From NCBI RefSeq assembly GCF_054482525.1, contig NZ_CM137006.1: a stretch of DNA of 64,000 bases. One strand, given 5' to 3'. Made by a program: the position numbers and the translations under genes. Of the stretch, positions 1 to 12,513 are shown one piece after another (positions within the stretch are counted from its first letter, which is position 1; every line of letters begins with the position of its first letter). A model generated the notes under the pieces. The model had not been told where the DNA came from. It saw only the letters and a program-made list of their open reading frames with translations, and searched no databases.

Positions 1-508
1 ATCATGCCAACACTTTTTTATTCAACATAAACTCTTTGCCTGGCTTAATTTAACGCCACAAGTGGCTACTTTATTATTAGACAGGGATAATTACGCGGGC
101 GAACTATTAAAATATCCGTTTATTGAACTGTTGATTAATGAGAATTACCCGCATCTCGATGAAGGAAAAGATAATCGCGATCTTTTGTCCTTATCGCAAA
201 TGTATCCCCTTGTGTTAGGTAATTTGGGCGCAGGCAATAGCACAATGAAAGCGGTTTTTGATGGTCTTTTCACCCGCGTCATGCTGGATAAAAGTTTTAT
301 TCAGCAACAAATCACGCATCGCTCCTTCGAACCGTTTATTCGTGCGATCCAGGCGCAAATTTCCCCATGTTGCAATTGCATCATCGCGGGGGGCATTGAT
401 ACGCCAGAAATAATGGCACAGATTACCCCCTTTGATTTCCATGCTCTCCAGGGATGCCTGTGGCCTGCCGTTCCCATAAATCAGATAACGACGTTGGTTC
501 AGCGATAA
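1..508 (+). CDS. ydiV: Anti-FlhDC EAL-like protein YdiV, 5'-truncated by window edge (C-terminal ~169 codons)
   Basis: Reading frame is open from position 2 to the stop at 508; lies immediately upstream of selO on the same strand as in K-12; sequence recognised as YdiV C-terminus. Confidence 0.7.
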   Translation, partial: SCQHFFIQHKLFAWLNLTPQVATLLLDRDNYAGELLKYPFIELLINENYPHLDEGKDNRDLLSLSQMYPLVLGNLGAGNSTMKAVFDGLFTRVMLDKSFIQQQITHRSFEPFIRAIQAQISPCCNCIIAGGIDTPEIMAQITPFDFHALQGCLWPAVPINQITTLVQR

Positions 509-531
509 CCCTCCTGTTTGCTGGTGTTTAA

Positions 532-2007
<1,476 letters not shown>

Positions 2008-2010
2008 AGG

Positions 2011-2202
2011 CTACTTGGTCAACAGCAGCTTGCCAGCCTGAGTTTTACGGAGCAGATATTCTTGCCCGTCATGATCGATAATCAGTTTGCCATCCGGACC
2101 TAACAGTGTCTGGCTGGAAATTCGCCGAATAGGCTGCGGGGAAGCGGTCTTGTGATTGGCATCCGTTTCAGGCGTGAGTTTTCTGCTATCCGTATAACGC
2201 AT
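2011..2202 (-). CDS. hemP: Hemin uptake protein HemP family (YdiE), 63 aa
   Basis: Internal ATG of the 72-aa ORF gives the 63-aa product [14 protein letters not shown]...; conserved position between selO and aroH. Confidence 0.8.
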
Positions 2203-2333
2203 AAAAATTAATAATAATTGATATAACAATGATTCTTATTATCAATATTCTGGCGGGCCAGAGCAAGCAGTAATTTGTTGAGAAGACAACAAGTTGCGCA
2301 GAAATGCCCATTCCGTCAGGAATGGGCACGCAT

Positions 2334-3380
2334 TCAGAAGCGGGTATCAACCGCAGAGGCGAGTTTTTCGACCAGGCGTTCGGTATCTTCCCAGCCCAGA
2401 CACGGGTCGGTAATCGATTGACCGTAAGTGAGCGGCTGACCGCCGACGATTTTTTGCGTTCCTTCGCGCAGGAAACTTTCCGCCATAATTCCAGCAATCG
2501 CCGTAGAGCCATTGCGGATTTGCTGACAAATATCCTCACAAACTTCTAACTGGCGACGGTGCTGCTTCTGGCAGTTACCGTGGCTGAAATCCACCACCAG
2601 ATGTTCAGGTAAATCAAACTCGTGCAGCGTATCGCAGGCTGCGGCGATATCATCGGCATGGTAATTCGGTTTTTTGCCGCCACGCATAATAATATGGCCA
2701 TACGGGTTGCCGCTGGTCTGATAGATGGTCATCTGACCATTTTTGTCTGGCGAGAGGAACATATGGCTGGCGCGGGCTGCGCGGATAGCATCCACAGCAA
2801 TCCGCGTGTTGCCATCGGTACCATTTTTAAAACCTACCGGACAGGAGAGTGCCGAAGCCATTTCACGGTGGATCTGACTTTCGGTAGTACGTGCGCCAAT
2901 CGCGCCCCAACTGATTAAATCAGCAATAAACTGACCGGTCACCATATCGAGGAACTCAGTCGCGGTGGGGACGCCCAGCTCATTTACCTGTAAAAGTAAT
3001 TTGCGCGCCAGCTCCAGACCGTGATTTACCCGATAGCTGCCGTTTAAATCCGGATCGGAGATTAGCCCTTTCCAGCCGACAACAGTTCGTGGTTTTTCAA
3101 AATAGGTGCGCATTACGATTTCCAGCCGTGACTGGTACTGGTTGCGCAGCGACTGCAGACGGGTGGCGTACTCCATTGCAGCGGTGAGATCGTGGATCGA
3201 GCAGGGGCCAATAATGACCAACAGTCGCTTATCTTCACCATTCAGTATTTTTTCAATTCTGCGGCGGGAGTCGGTGACATGGGTGGCGACGCCAGGCGTT
3301 ACGGGATACCGTAGCGCGAGTTCGGCGGGCGTTACCAGGCTCTCAATACGCGCAGTACGGAGTTCGTCAGTTCTGTTCAT
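2334..3380 (-). CDS. aroH: Trp-sensitive 3-deoxy-D-arabino-heptulosonate-7-phosphate synthase AroH, 348 aa
   Basis: 348-aa ORF MNRTDELRTARIESLVTPAEL...; DAHP synthase class I sequence; synteny with ppsR. Confidence 0.93.
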   Translation of the reverse strand: MNRTDELRTARIESLVTPAELALRYPVTPGVATHVTDSRRRIEKILNGEDKRLLVIIGPCSIHDLTAAMEYATRLQSLRNQYQSRLEIVMRTYFEKPRTVVGWKGLISDPDLNGSYRVNHGLELARKLLLQVNELGVPTATEFLDMVTGQFIADLISWGAIGARTTESQIHREMASALSCPVGFKNGTDGNTRIAVDAIRAARASHMFLSPDKNGQMTIYQTSGNPYGHIIMRGGKKPNYHADDIAAACDTLHEFDLPEHLVVDFSHGNCQKQHRRQLEVCEDICQQIRNGSTAIAGIMAESFLREGTQKIVGGQPLTYGQSITDPCLGWEDTERLVEKLASAVDTRF

Positions 3381-3536
3381 TACAAGTCTCAGAAATTTGT
3401 TGCTTCTACGGCAGGACTACCGGGAAGTGATGCGCATCACGATAAACCAATCGCAGCTGATTTCAAGTGCGAGGTGTGTCACACCTCGCCGGGTGGTTAG
3501 CATGATAACAAAAAAACAAGTTAATGCACTAGTTCT

Positions 3537-4370
3537 CTAGTACATTCGACGGCTAAGGCCCATGATATCGAGGATCTTGGTGGCAATCTCTTCTACCGAA
3601 TAATTGGTACTGTTAATCCACGGGATCTGATTTTTACGGTACAAGGCTTCTACTTCCGCGACTTCCATCCTGCACTGACGAAGCGAGGCATAGCGACTGT
3701 TCTCCCGACGTTCTTCGCGAATCGCCGCCAGACGTTCCGGGTCGATAGTCAGGCCGAACAATTTATGCTGAAGCGGTTTGAGCGACGCGGGTAGCACCAG
3801 ATTATCCATATCGTCGGCAATAAAGGGGTAGTTTGCCGCGCGGATACCAAATTGCATTGCCAGATACAGACTGGTGGGGGTTTTACCACAGCGAGAAACG
3901 CCGAGCAGGATCACCTGAGCCTGGTCCAGATTGCGTAACGAAATGCCATCATCGTGGGCGAGGGTGTAATCAATCGCAGCAATGCGCGCATCATATTTAT
4001 TGAGATTATTAGGGTTAAGGCCATGGGTACGATGAGCAATCGGCGTGGGATCCAGTTTCATCTCTTGTTGTAGCGGGGCAACCAGCGCCTGAACGATATC
4101 CTGGCAAAAGCCTTCACTTTGCAAGATGATGGCGCGAATCTCCGGCAACACGATGGAGTAGAAGACCAGCGGGCGCACACCTGTCTGGTGATAAATTGCG
4201 TCAATCTGATCCTTCACTGCCCGTGCACGGCTCTCATTTTCGACAAACGGCAGCGTAATGCTGCTGATAGTGACGGGAAATTGTGACATTACTGCGTGTC
4301 CTAATACCTCCGCAGTTATTGCCGTACCATCAGAAATATAAAAAACGTGGCGATCAACAGCATTATCCAT
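3537..4370 (-). CDS. ppsR: PEP synthase regulatory protein (bifunctional kinase/pyrophosphorylase) PpsR/YdiA, 277 aa
   Basis: 277-aa ORF; divergent from ppsA as in K-12. Confidence 0.92.
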
Positions 4371-4600
4371 TTTGTTCTTCCCGTGATGCAGACATAATTC
4401 TATGAAAGCATAAATTAAAAACGCACAGAAGCGTAGAATGTTATGTCTGGTTTATAAAATGAACCTTCAATTTTATTATTTATGAAAACAGCATTTCATT
4501 TTTATGGTTTCGTTTATACCGATGGTTTATGTGGAAATTGTCGAATAGAGCAGGTTTGCGCAACGCTGGGATCAGTCTTAAAAAGTAAAAAAATATATTT

Positions 4601-4616
4601 GCTTGAACGATTCACC
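4601..4616. promoter_or_regulatory. Candidate Cra (FruR) operator upstream of ppsA
   Basis: gcttgaacgattcacc resembles the Cra half-palindrome TGAA-CG-ATTCA, ~90 bp upstream of the ppsA start; ppsA is a known Cra-activated gene. Confidence 0.35.
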
Positions 4617-4702
4617 GTTTTTTTCATCCGGTTAAATATGCAAAGATAAATGCGCAGAAATGTGTTTCTCAAACCGTTCATTTATCACAAAAGGATTGTT
4701 CG

Positions 4703-7081
4703 ATGTCCAACAATGGCTCGTCACCGCTGGTGCTTTGGTATAACCAACTCGGCATGAATGATGTAGACAGGGTTGGGGGCAAAAATGCCTCCCTGGGTGA
4801 AATGATTACTAACCTTTCCGGAATGGGTGTTTCCGTTCCGAATGGTTTTGCCACAACCGCCGACGCGTTTAACCAGTTTCTGGACCAAAGCGGCGTAAAC
4901 CAGCGCATTTATGAACTGCTGGATAAAACGGATATTGACGATGTTACTCAGCTTGCGAAAGCGGGCGCGCAAATCCGCCAGTGGATTATCGACACTCCCT
5001 TCCAGCCTGAGCTGGAAAACGCCATCCGCGAAGCCTATGCACAGCTTTCCGCCGATGACGAAAACGCCTCGTTTGCGGTGCGTTCCTCCGCTACCGCAGA
5101 AGATATGCCGGACGCTTCTTTTGCCGGTCAGCAGGAAACTTTCCTCAACGTTCAGGGTTTTGACGCCGTTCTCGTGGCAGTGAAACATGTATTTGCTTCT
5201 CTGTTTAACGATCGCGCCATCTCTTATCGTGTGCACCAGGGTTACGATCACCGTGGCGTGGCGCTCTCCGCCGGTGTTCAGCGGATGGTGCGCTCCGACC
5301 TCGCATCTTCTGGCGTGATGTTCTCCATTGATACCGAATCCGGCTTTGACCAGGTGGTGTTTATCACTTCCGCATGGGGCCTTGGTGAAATGGTCGTGCA
5401 GGGTGCGGTTAACCCGGATGAGTTTTACGTGCACAAACCGACACTGGCGGCGAATCGCCCGGCTATCGTGCGCCGCACCATGGGGTCGAAAAAAATCCGC
5501 ATGGTTTACGCGCCGACCCAGGAGCACGGCAAGCAGGTTAAAATCGAAGACGTACCGCAGGAACAGCGTGACATCTTCTCGCTGACCAACGAAGAAGTGC
5601 AGGAACTGGCAAAACAGGCCGTACAAATTGAGAAACACTACGGTCGCCCAATGGATATTGAGTGGGCGAAAGATGGCCACACCGGCAAACTGTTCATTGT
5701 GCAGGCGCGTCCGGAAACCGTGCGCTCACGCGGTCAGGTCATGGAGCGTTATACGCTGCATTCACAGGGTAAGATTATCGCCGAAGGCCGTGCTATCGGT
5801 CATCGCATCGGCGCGGGTCCGGTGAAAGTCATCCATGACATCAGCGAAATGAACCGCATCGAACCTGGCGACGTGCTGGTTACTGACATGACCGACCCGG
5901 ACTGGGAACCGATCATGAAGAAGGCATCTGCCATCGTCACCAATCGTGGCGGTCGTACCTGTCACGCGGCGATCATCGCTCGTGAACTCGGCATTCCGGC
6001 GGTAGTGGGCTGTGGTGATGCAACAGAACGGATGAAAGACGGTGAGAACGTCACTGTTTCTTGTGCCGAAGGTGATACCGGTTATGTCTATGCGGAGTTG
6101 CTGGAATTTAGCGTGAAAAGCTCCAGCGTAGAAACGATGCCTGATCTGCCGTTGAAGGTGATGATGAACGTCGGTAACCCGGACCGTGCTTTCGACTTCG
6201 CCTGCCTGCCGAACGAAGGCGTCGGCCTTGCGCGTCTGGAATTTATCATCAACCGTATGATTGGCGTCCACCCACGCGCACTGCTTGAGTTTGACGATCA
6301 GGAACCGCAGTTGCAAAACGAAATCCGCGAGATGATGAAAGGTTTTGATTCTCCGCGTGAATTTTACGTTGGGCGTCTGACTGAAGGGATCGCGACGCTG
6401 GGTGCCGCGTTTTATCCGAAGCGCGTCATTGTCCGTCTCTCTGATTTTAAATCGAACGAATATGCCAACCTGGTCGGTGGTGAGCGTTACGAGCCAGATG
6501 AAGAGAACCCGATGCTCGGCTTCCGTGGCGCGGGCCGCTATGTTTCCGACAGCTTCCGCGACTGCTTCGCGCTGGAGTGTGAAGCAGTGAAACGTGTGCG
6601 CAACGACATGGGGCTGACCAACGTTGAGATCATGATCCCGTTCGTGCGTACCGTAGATCAGGCGAAAGCGGTGGTTGACGAACTGGCGCGTCAGGGGCTG
6701 AAACGTGGTGAGAACGGGCTGAAAATCATCATGATGTGTGAAATTCCGTCCAACGCCTTGCTGGCAGAGCAGTTCCTCGAATATTTCGACGGCTTCTCAA
6801 TTGGCTCAAACGACATGACACAGCTGGCGCTCGGTCTGGATCGTGACTCCGGCGTGGTGTCTGAACTGTTCGATGAGCGCAACGATGCGGTGAAAGCACT
6901 GCTGTCGATGGCGATTCGTGCCGCGAAGAAACAGGGCAAATATGTCGGGATTTGCGGTCAGGGTCCGTCCGACCACGAAGACTTTGCCGCATGGTTGATG
7001 GAAGAGGGGATCGATAGCCTGTCTCTGAACCCGGATACCGTGGTGCAAACCTGGTTAAGCCTGGCTGAACTGAAGAAATAA
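4703..7081 (+). CDS. ppsA: Phosphoenolpyruvate synthase PpsA, 792 aa
   Basis: 792-aa [37 protein letters not shown]; PEP-utilising enzyme family. Confidence 0.95.
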   Translation: MSNNGSSPLVLWYNQLGMNDVDRVGGKNASLGEMITNLSGMGVSVPNGFATTADAFNQFLDQSGVNQRIYELLDKTDIDDVTQLAKAGAQIRQWIIDTPFQPELENAIREAYAQLSADDENASFAVRSSATAEDMPDASFAGQQETFLNVQGFDAVLVAVKHVFASLFNDRAISYRVHQGYDHRGVALSAGVQRMVRSDLASSGVMFSIDTESGFDQVVFITSAWGLGEMVVQGAVNPDEFYVHKPTLAANRPAIVRRTMGSKKIRMVYAPTQEHGKQVKIEDVPQEQRDIFSLTNEEVQELAKQAVQIEKHYGRPMDIEWAKDGHTGKLFIVQARPETVRSRGQVMERYTLHSQGKIIAEGRAIGHRIGAGPVKVIHDISEMNRIEPGDVLVTDMTDPDWEPIMKKASAIVTNRGGRTCHAAIIARELGIPAVVGCGDATERMKDGENVTVSCAEGDTGYVYAELLEFSVKSSSVETMPDLPLKVMMNVGNPDRAFDFACLPNEGVGLARLEFIINRMIGVHPRALLEFDDQEPQLQNEIREMMKGFDSPREFYVGRLTEGIATLGAAFYPKRVIVRLSDFKSNEYANLVGGERYEPDEENPMLGFRGAGRYVSDSFRDCFALECEAVKRVRNDMGLTNVEIMIPFVRTVDQAKAVVDELARQGLKRGENGLKIIMMCEIPSNALLAEQFLEYFDGFSIGSNDMTQLALGLDRDSGVVSELFDERNDAVKALLSMAIRAAKKQGKYVGICGQGPSDHEDFAAWLMEEGIDSLSLNPDTVVQTWLSLAELKK

Positions 7082-7116
7082 AATAAATCCCCGGCGGCGT
7101 TTTGTCGCCGGGTTTA
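7082..7116. terminator. Bidirectional Rho-independent terminator between convergent ppsA and fadK
   Basis: GC stem cccggcg...cgccggg with an A-run upstream and T-run downstream, directly after the ppsA stop. Confidence 0.6.
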
Positions 7117-7137
7117 TGTGATCCCCGAAGATGAAAC

Positions 7138-8838
7138 TTATTCAATCTCTTCACAGACATCCTGAGTTAATCGCCGCATAATATCTTTCCTTAACAAAAA
7201 CTTTTGTATTTTACCTGAGGCAGTGCGCGGTAGTTTTTCGATTACCACGATATGTTCAGGATATTTATATTTCGCGACCCGTTTACGGCTAAAAAAAGCC
7301 ACCACCTCTTCCAGCGATAATGAATGATGCGGTGCTTTCAGCACGACATAAGCGCATGAGCGTTCACCTAAACGTTCATCGGGCATCGCAACCACACAGG
7401 CATCGTGAATTTTAGGATGCTGCAATAAAATATCTTCTACTTCACGGCTGCTAATATTTTCGCCGCCGCGGACAATAATATCTTTCTTGCGCCCGGTTAT
7501 TTTTATATAGCCAGCCTCATCCATGCGGCAGAGATCGCCGCTGTAATACCAGCCTTCTTCATCCAGCGCACGGGCGGTTAATTCAGGTTCATCAAAATAC
7601 CCCATAAACACATTGGGGCCACGCGAGGCTTCTTCACCTTCGTAACCTGGCGGTAAGGTCTTGCGTGCGTCATCGACCACTTTAATCTCAACTCCTGCGG
7701 CAGCGTAACCATCGGTGTGCATAAAGCGCGATAAAGGATCGTCGAGATTCACCACTGCGTGCGGCGAACTTTCTGTGGAACCATAAACACTTAATAATTT
7801 AATGCCGTGCTGCTGGCATTCACGCGCCACTTTTTTGGGGATTGTGGTCCCGCCGCAAAGAAAGAAGCGCAGCGCTGAAAGGTCTGCGGGTTGTTTCTCC
7901 AGTAAATTCAAAAGATCATAGACAAACGGCGTTGCGCCGAGCATACAGGTGCAACGCTGCTGCTCAAGCAGCGCGAGACACGCATCAGGAGTGAAAATAT
8001 CTAACAACACGCTGCGAGCGCCAATTAAGAATGGTGCCGTTACGCCATGCAGAAAGCCCGTTGCATGACCAAGTGGCGCAGGCATCATAAAGACATCCTG
8101 CCAGGTCAGATTCAACCGCGCGCAATAAGCCCGCTCACTGGCGAGAATATTGTTATGCGTTAGCATCACGCCCTTTGGCAGACCCTCGGTTCCGGAGGTA
8201 AACAGCACCGCGGCTAATTCATCGCCGTGGACCGTTATCGCCGTGGTCAGAGGAGTATTGTCGGCGATAATCTGACTTAATGAGAGGGAAGAGGTGGCGG
8301 GAGCCAGTTTGTCCACGCCGACAATTTGTTGTAGTTGTGGAAGCTGATTTTGCAGCGGCAGGATTAAATCTACCGGACGCGTTTGTTTAAACAACGTCGG
8401 AGCAAAGAACATTTTTGCCTGACACTTATTGAGCACCCATACCAGTTCTGCTTCCCGCCAGGAAGGCAACAGCGGTACGGAAACCGCACCGATTTTCAGG
8501 CAGGCAAGATAGATAACGGTAAATTCACACCAGCCAGGCAGTTGAAATGCGATGCGATCGCCTGATTCAATACCCTTCGCTAACATCCAGTTTGCCAGAC
8601 AGCTCGCGGCGTGATCGAGCGCGCTATAGGTGTATGATGCACCATGATTATCGACCACGGCAATTTTGTCTGGCATCGCACGAGCGGTCTGCTGCCAGTA
8701 ATCGGCCAGCGAAGCATCGCCCCATAGCCCTTGCTGACGATACGCCGCACGACGTTGTTCGTTAAACGTTAATGTCACTTTCATTTTGGACTCTCGAGAC
8801 AGAACATCAGGCCCGAGATGCGGGCCTGTGGGATGCAT
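7138..8838 (-). CDS. fadK: Short/medium-chain acyl-CoA synthetase FadK (YdiD)
   Basis: 566-aa ORF with AMP-binding enzyme signature; an alternative internal start MKVTLTF at 8784 would give 548 aa. Confidence 0.88.
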   Translation of the reverse strand: MHPTGPHLGPDVLSRESKMKVTLTFNEQRRAAYRQQGLWGDASLADYWQQTARAMPDKIAVVDNHGASYTYSALDHAASCLANWMLAKGIESGDRIAFQLPGWCEFTVIYLACLKIGAVSVPLLPSWREAELVWVLNKCQAKMFFAPTLFKQTRPVDLILPLQNQLPQLQQIVGVDKLAPATSSLSLSQIIADNTPLTTAITVHGDELAAVLFTSGTEGLPKGVMLTHNNILASERAYCARLNLTWQDVFMMPAPLGHATGFLHGVTAPFLIGARSVLLDIFTPDACLALLEQQRCTCMLGATPFVYDLLNLLEKQPADLSALRFFLCGGTTIPKKVARECQQHGIKLLSVYGSTESSPHAVVNLDDPLSRFMHTDGYAAAGVEIKVVDDARKTLPPGYEGEEASRGPNVFMGYFDEPELTARALDEEGWYYSGDLCRMDEAGYIKITGRKKDIIVRGGENISSREVEDILLQHPKIHDACVVAMPDERLGERSCAYVVLKAPHHSLSLEEVVAFFSRKRVAKYKYPEHIVVIEKLPRTASGKIQKFLLRKDIMRRLTQDVCEEIE

Positions 8839-8840
8839 GA

Positions 8841-9134
8841 TTAGCCGTAGCGAAAATCAATACCGAAGGTGCCTGCGGGATATTGCCACTGTTCGAGAAT
8901 AGTGTTGCCGCACAGCACCCGACAGGTGCCGCACTCCAGACAACCGGCAGAATCAAAATGAATGTTGCCGGCGTCATCCTGCTTATAAAGTCCGGCAGGG
9001 CAGGCTTTCATTAATTTACGGAATTCATTGATATCGGGATTTGCCGCCAAAATGATATGCGGGTGGCCCTCATCAACATGGAATTTATTGACGCCTAATT
9101 TGATGTCGACGTTAACCGTAGCGTTCTGGCTCAT
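8841..9134 (-). CDS. ydiT: Ferredoxin-like protein YdiT (FixX-like), 97 aa
   Basis: 97-aa ORF with Cys cluster; follows ydiS with a 4-bp overlap. Confidence 0.88.
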   Translation of the reverse strand: MSQNATVNVDIKLGVNKFHVDEGHPHIILAANPDINEFRKLMKACPAGLYKQDDAGNIHFDSAGCLECGTCRVLCGNTILEQWQYPAGTFGIDFRYG

Positions 9135-10420
9135 AGCGCGGTTGCTCCCTTAATGCCATCTTTCAGCAAGTTGATCAGCCCAATTTTCTTCGCGTGTCCC
9201 ATGATCATTTTGCGTACCGGCTGGTTTGGTTTGCCGTCAATGGTGAACATATCGTTCATGATGTCGGCGACCATGCGCGGATACTGACTAAACAGGCGCG
9301 GGTTTTCCATCAGCGCCGGGACCTTGCGAAAATGCTGCATATCGCGCATAACACAACTTTGTTCCAGCTCACGTTTGTATTGCGCCAGACTGCTGGCGGA
9401 GAAATCCGCGCGTTCTTTGGCGGCAATCACTGTTGTGGCGGCAGCCTGAGCTGATGCAATGGCTAAATCCATGCCGCGAACTGTAAAACCCAAATTCAGG
9501 CAGAAGCCTGCGGCGTCACCAACGATCATCACGCCATCGTTAACCAGCTGCGGCACCATCGCCAGACCGCCTTCCGGTACCATATGCGCGGAGTATTCAA
9601 GCAGTTTGCCGCCGCTAATCAGCGGGCGAATGGCGGGGTGTTGTTTAAAATCTTCCAGCATTTGCGGCACACTTTTTTGCGCATGGGCGATATCACCCAA
9701 TCCACAAACCAGCCCCAACGATACGGAATCATTGTTGGTATAGAGAAATCCGCCGCCCATCAGGCCGTCAGAAGGGGAACCGGCAAACAGCCAGGCGGCA
9801 CCTTCCTCGCCCGTAATATTAAAGCGATCGTTGATCTGTTCTGGTGTGAGGCCAATAACCTCTTTAACACCAACAGCGTAATGATGCGGATCGGAAGCGG
9901 GAACCATTCCCAGCGAGCGGCCAAGCATCGAGTTAACGCCATCAGCCAGAATCACCACATTCGCTTCAAGAACATCATCCCCGGCCTGAACGCCAGTGAC
10001 CTTGTTTCCTTCACGAACCAGCGCATCGACACGAACGCCCGGGATAAACTGCGCGCCAGCCTGTTCGGCTTGTTCCATCAACCACGGGTCCAGACGATTA
10101 CGCAATACGGTATAAGAAGCGTGTTGCGGAACATCTGGTTGCTCGCGGTGAAAATCGAGGGTAACGGCGCTTTCTTCGGTTAAGAAGGAGATTTTCTCGC
10201 GTGTGACCTTGCGTTCTACCGGCGCTGATACTGCAAAGCCTGGAATGATTGCTTCAAGTGTGTGGGCATAAAGACGCCCGCCGGTCATGTTTTTACATCC
10301 GGCACTGTCGCCGCGTTCTATCACCAGGACATCCAGCCCGGCTCGCGCCATGACCAGTGCGGCAACGCTACCGGCAACGCCCGCACCGACCACAATGGCA
10401 TCAAATTTGTCATCCGACAT
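9131..10420 (-). CDS. ydiS: FixC-like flavoprotein (ETF-quinone oxidoreductase-like) YdiS, 429 aa
   Basis: 429-aa ORF with N-terminal FAD-binding GxGxxG (VVGAGVAGS). Confidence 0.88.
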   Translation of the reverse strand: MSDDKFDAIVVGAGVAGSVAALVMARAGLDVLVIERGDSAGCKNMTGGRLYAHTLEAIIPGFAVSAPVERKVTREKISFLTEESAVTLDFHREQPDVPQHASYTVLRNRLDPWLMEQAEQAGAQFIPGVRVDALVREGNKVTGVQAGDDVLEANVVILADGVNSMLGRSLGMVPASDPHHYAVGVKEVIGLTPEQINDRFNITGEEGAAWLFAGSPSDGLMGGGFLYTNNDSVSLGLVCGLGDIAHAQKSVPQMLEDFKQHPAIRPLISGGKLLEYSAHMVPEGGLAMVPQLVNDGVMIVGDAAGFCLNLGFTVRGMDLAIASAQAAATTVIAAKERADFSASSLAQYKRELEQSCVMRDMQHFRKVPALMENPRLFSQYPRMVADIMNDMFTIDGKPNQPVRKMIMGHAKKIGLINLLKDGIKGATAL

Positions 10421-10475
10421 GCGTTATGCTCCCTTCCCGCTGCGTTTACAGCGGGAGATGTGGTTGAAAGGGGAA

Positions 10476-11414
10476 TTAGCGGCTCAACTGGCTAATCAGG
10501 GCAGGGACGACTTTGTAGATATCGCCCACCAGACCGTAGTCGGCATAGTTGAAGATTGGCGCATTTTTATCTTTATTGATGGCGACAATCACTTTTGCGC
10601 CGTTGCCGCCAACCATATGCTGGATCTGCCCGGAGATCCCCAGCGTCAGGTAGAGATCGGATTTCAGCAACACGCCGGAGACACCGATATAACGTTCACG
10701 CTCCATCCAGTTCTCGCCTTCGGCAATTGGACGTGAACAGCCGACTTCAGCATTCAGAACCGCCGCCAGTTCGTGGACCATTTTCAGGTCATCCTGCGCA
10801 GCCAGACCACGACCGACGCCAACCACACGTTTTGCTTTGCTCAGGTCCACGCTGCTTGCCGCTTTCGCACGGCGTTCGCGACAGAGAATTTCATGACGCG
10901 GGGCAACATAAGGTACCGTTTCTGTCGGGCACTGATGAGCGGTATCACTGGTGCACGGTTCCTGAACACCGGGCGCAAGGGTAATGATCGCCAGCGGGCT
11001 GTTGATCTTTTCCTGTGCGAACGCTAACCCGCCATACATCCGGTGTTCGGCGCAAATGTGACCATCGACAATATCCACCGCAGTGGCATCGTTCACCAGC
11101 GCCGCATTCAGTTGCACACTTAACCGTGCTGCCAGAGCTTTACCACGTTTCGTCGCGGCCAGCAGCAACATAGAAGGGTGTTTATCTTTCAGCAGGGCAG
11201 CAATGCTTTCGGCGTAATTTTCAGTACGTTGCAGCGCATCATTTTGCTCAAGAACATAAATACATTTTGGACCATAAGGTATAACTGCCTGCGCCTGGTC
11301 GGTATTTTGTACAATGGCATACACCTGTTGGCCCCATTGCTGCGCGCCGCTAAACAGTTCAGCATAACGTTCAGGATTATCGCTAAAGACCCAGACGCTG
11401 TTTAATTGACTCAT
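10476..11414 (-). CDS. ydiR: Electron transfer flavoprotein alpha subunit-like YdiR, 312 aa
   Basis: 312-aa ORF; FixB/EtfA-like sequence; operon position. Confidence 0.88.
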   Translation of the reverse strand: MSQLNSVWVFSDNPERYAELFSGAQQWGQQVYAIVQNTDQAQAVIPYGPKCIYVLEQNDALQRTENYAESIAALLKDKHPSMLLLAATKRGKALAARLSVQLNAALVNDATAVDIVDGHICAEHRMYGGLAFAQEKINSPLAIITLAPGVQEPCTSDTAHQCPTETVPYVAPRHEILCRERRAKAASSVDLSKAKRVVGVGRGLAAQDDLKMVHELAAVLNAEVGCSRPIAEGENWMERERYIGVSGVLLKSDLYLTLGISGQIQHMVGGNGAKVIVAINKDKNAPIFNYADYGLVGDIYKVVPALISQLSR

Positions 11415-11433
11415 CGTTTCTTCTCCGTAGGCT

Positions 11434-12198
11434 TCAGTTCAGGGCTTTCTTCAGATGTTCCGCCAGCTCGGCAATGGCCTCCGGCGAATCGTTATCGAGA
11501 ATGATGTGCTTACGTTCTGTTTGCGGCGGTACGCGAATGCTGGTCAGTTCAGCAAGTGGCGCGCTCTGGCTCCAGCCAATGTCACTTGCCTGCCACTGAT
11601 TTATCGGTTTTTTACCCGCGCCGAGAATGGCTTTCATCGAAGGAATGCGTGGCATATTAATATCGGAGGTGACGCAGAGCACGGCTGGAACAGAGAGCTC
11701 AATAACTTCAACATCATCTTCAAGCGTGCGTTCAATCACCAGTGTATTGCCCTGACGCTGAATAGCACTCACTGCATTAATCACCGGAAGTTGTAGAATT
11801 TCTCCGACCAGCAAGCCAACCTGCTGGGCATAAAGGTCGCCGGAACCTTCACCAAAGATCAGTAAATCGAAGCCGATCTTTTCAACTGCTGCCGCCAGCG
11901 CCTTTGCGGTATCGAGAGGTAGTGCATGTTCAAGTTGCGCATCCTGCACCAAATACAGGCTATGTGGCCCGCGGGATAGCACGTCTTTGCGCACTTTCGA
12001 GTTCTGCAACAATGAGCCGCCAATGGTCAGCGCGGCTATCTCATCGTCATCTGTTGCAATCTGGCTTGCAGCTTCAATGGCATTGAGATCGAACTGGCTG
12101 ATTTTGGCGTCGGCATTGTCGAAATTCAGGGTATATTCTGGAGTGACAACAATGTCCTGTTCTTCAGGCACCAGCTTAAAGCAGGTTATTATTTTCAT
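11434..12198 (-). CDS. ydiQ: Electron transfer flavoprotein beta subunit-like YdiQ, 254 aa
   Basis: Internal ATG at 12198 (MKIITCFKLVPEEQD) preceded by an AGGAG Shine-Dalgarno; the longer ORF-track start is unlikely. Confidence 0.85.
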   Translation of the reverse strand: MKIITCFKLVPEEQDIVVTPEYTLNFDNADAKISQFDLNAIEAASQIATDDDEIAALTIGGSLLQNSKVRKDVLSRGPHSLYLVQDAQLEHALPLDTAKALAAAVEKIGFDLLIFGEGSGDLYAQQVGLLVGEILQLPVINAVSAIQRQGNTLVIERTLEDDVEVIELSVPAVLCVTSDINMPRIPSMKAILGAGKKPINQWQASDIGWSQSAPLAELTSIRVPPQTERKHIILDNDSPEAIAELAEHLKKALN

Positions 12199-12513
12199 GA
12201 TTTCTCCTGTGAGTCGCATACGGAACCATCTCCGATGGAAGGTAAAAATGGCCTGAAAATAGTGTGCGATAGCGGTGCGGGGTTTTCGACGGAGCAAGCT
12301 GTTTTCCTTGCCAACAATCTTGCAAAAAAAATGCGATCGCTAAAACAAAAGTGCAATTTGTGGCAATGTTGTTATTCCATGACCGTACAATCTTGCATTC
12401 AGTGTAAATAATCTTGTTTAGCTCTCGCTAAACGCGGTTGTATAACCGCAATACACGCCGTATTTTATCCGGCATATATTGTTTTTGCTTGCTCATGGAA
12501 TAGGGAGGTTGTC

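Noticed and set aside
2186-2549. ORFs of 117 and 81 aa between hemP and aroH
   Set aside because: They overlap the aroH 3' end and the hemP promoter region on wrong frames; no support from synteny
4721-6316. Long minus-strand ORFs (319 aa and 184 aa) inside ppsA
   Set aside because: Antisense to a well-supported, full-length ppsA gene; no RBS, and typical of spurious reverse-frame ORFs in a GC-rich gene
10287-11027. Plus-strand ORFs (149, 129, 84 aa) across ydiS/ydiR
   Set aside because: Antisense to the ETF-like operon genes; Arg/Pro-rich translations typical of out-of-frame GC-rich DNA
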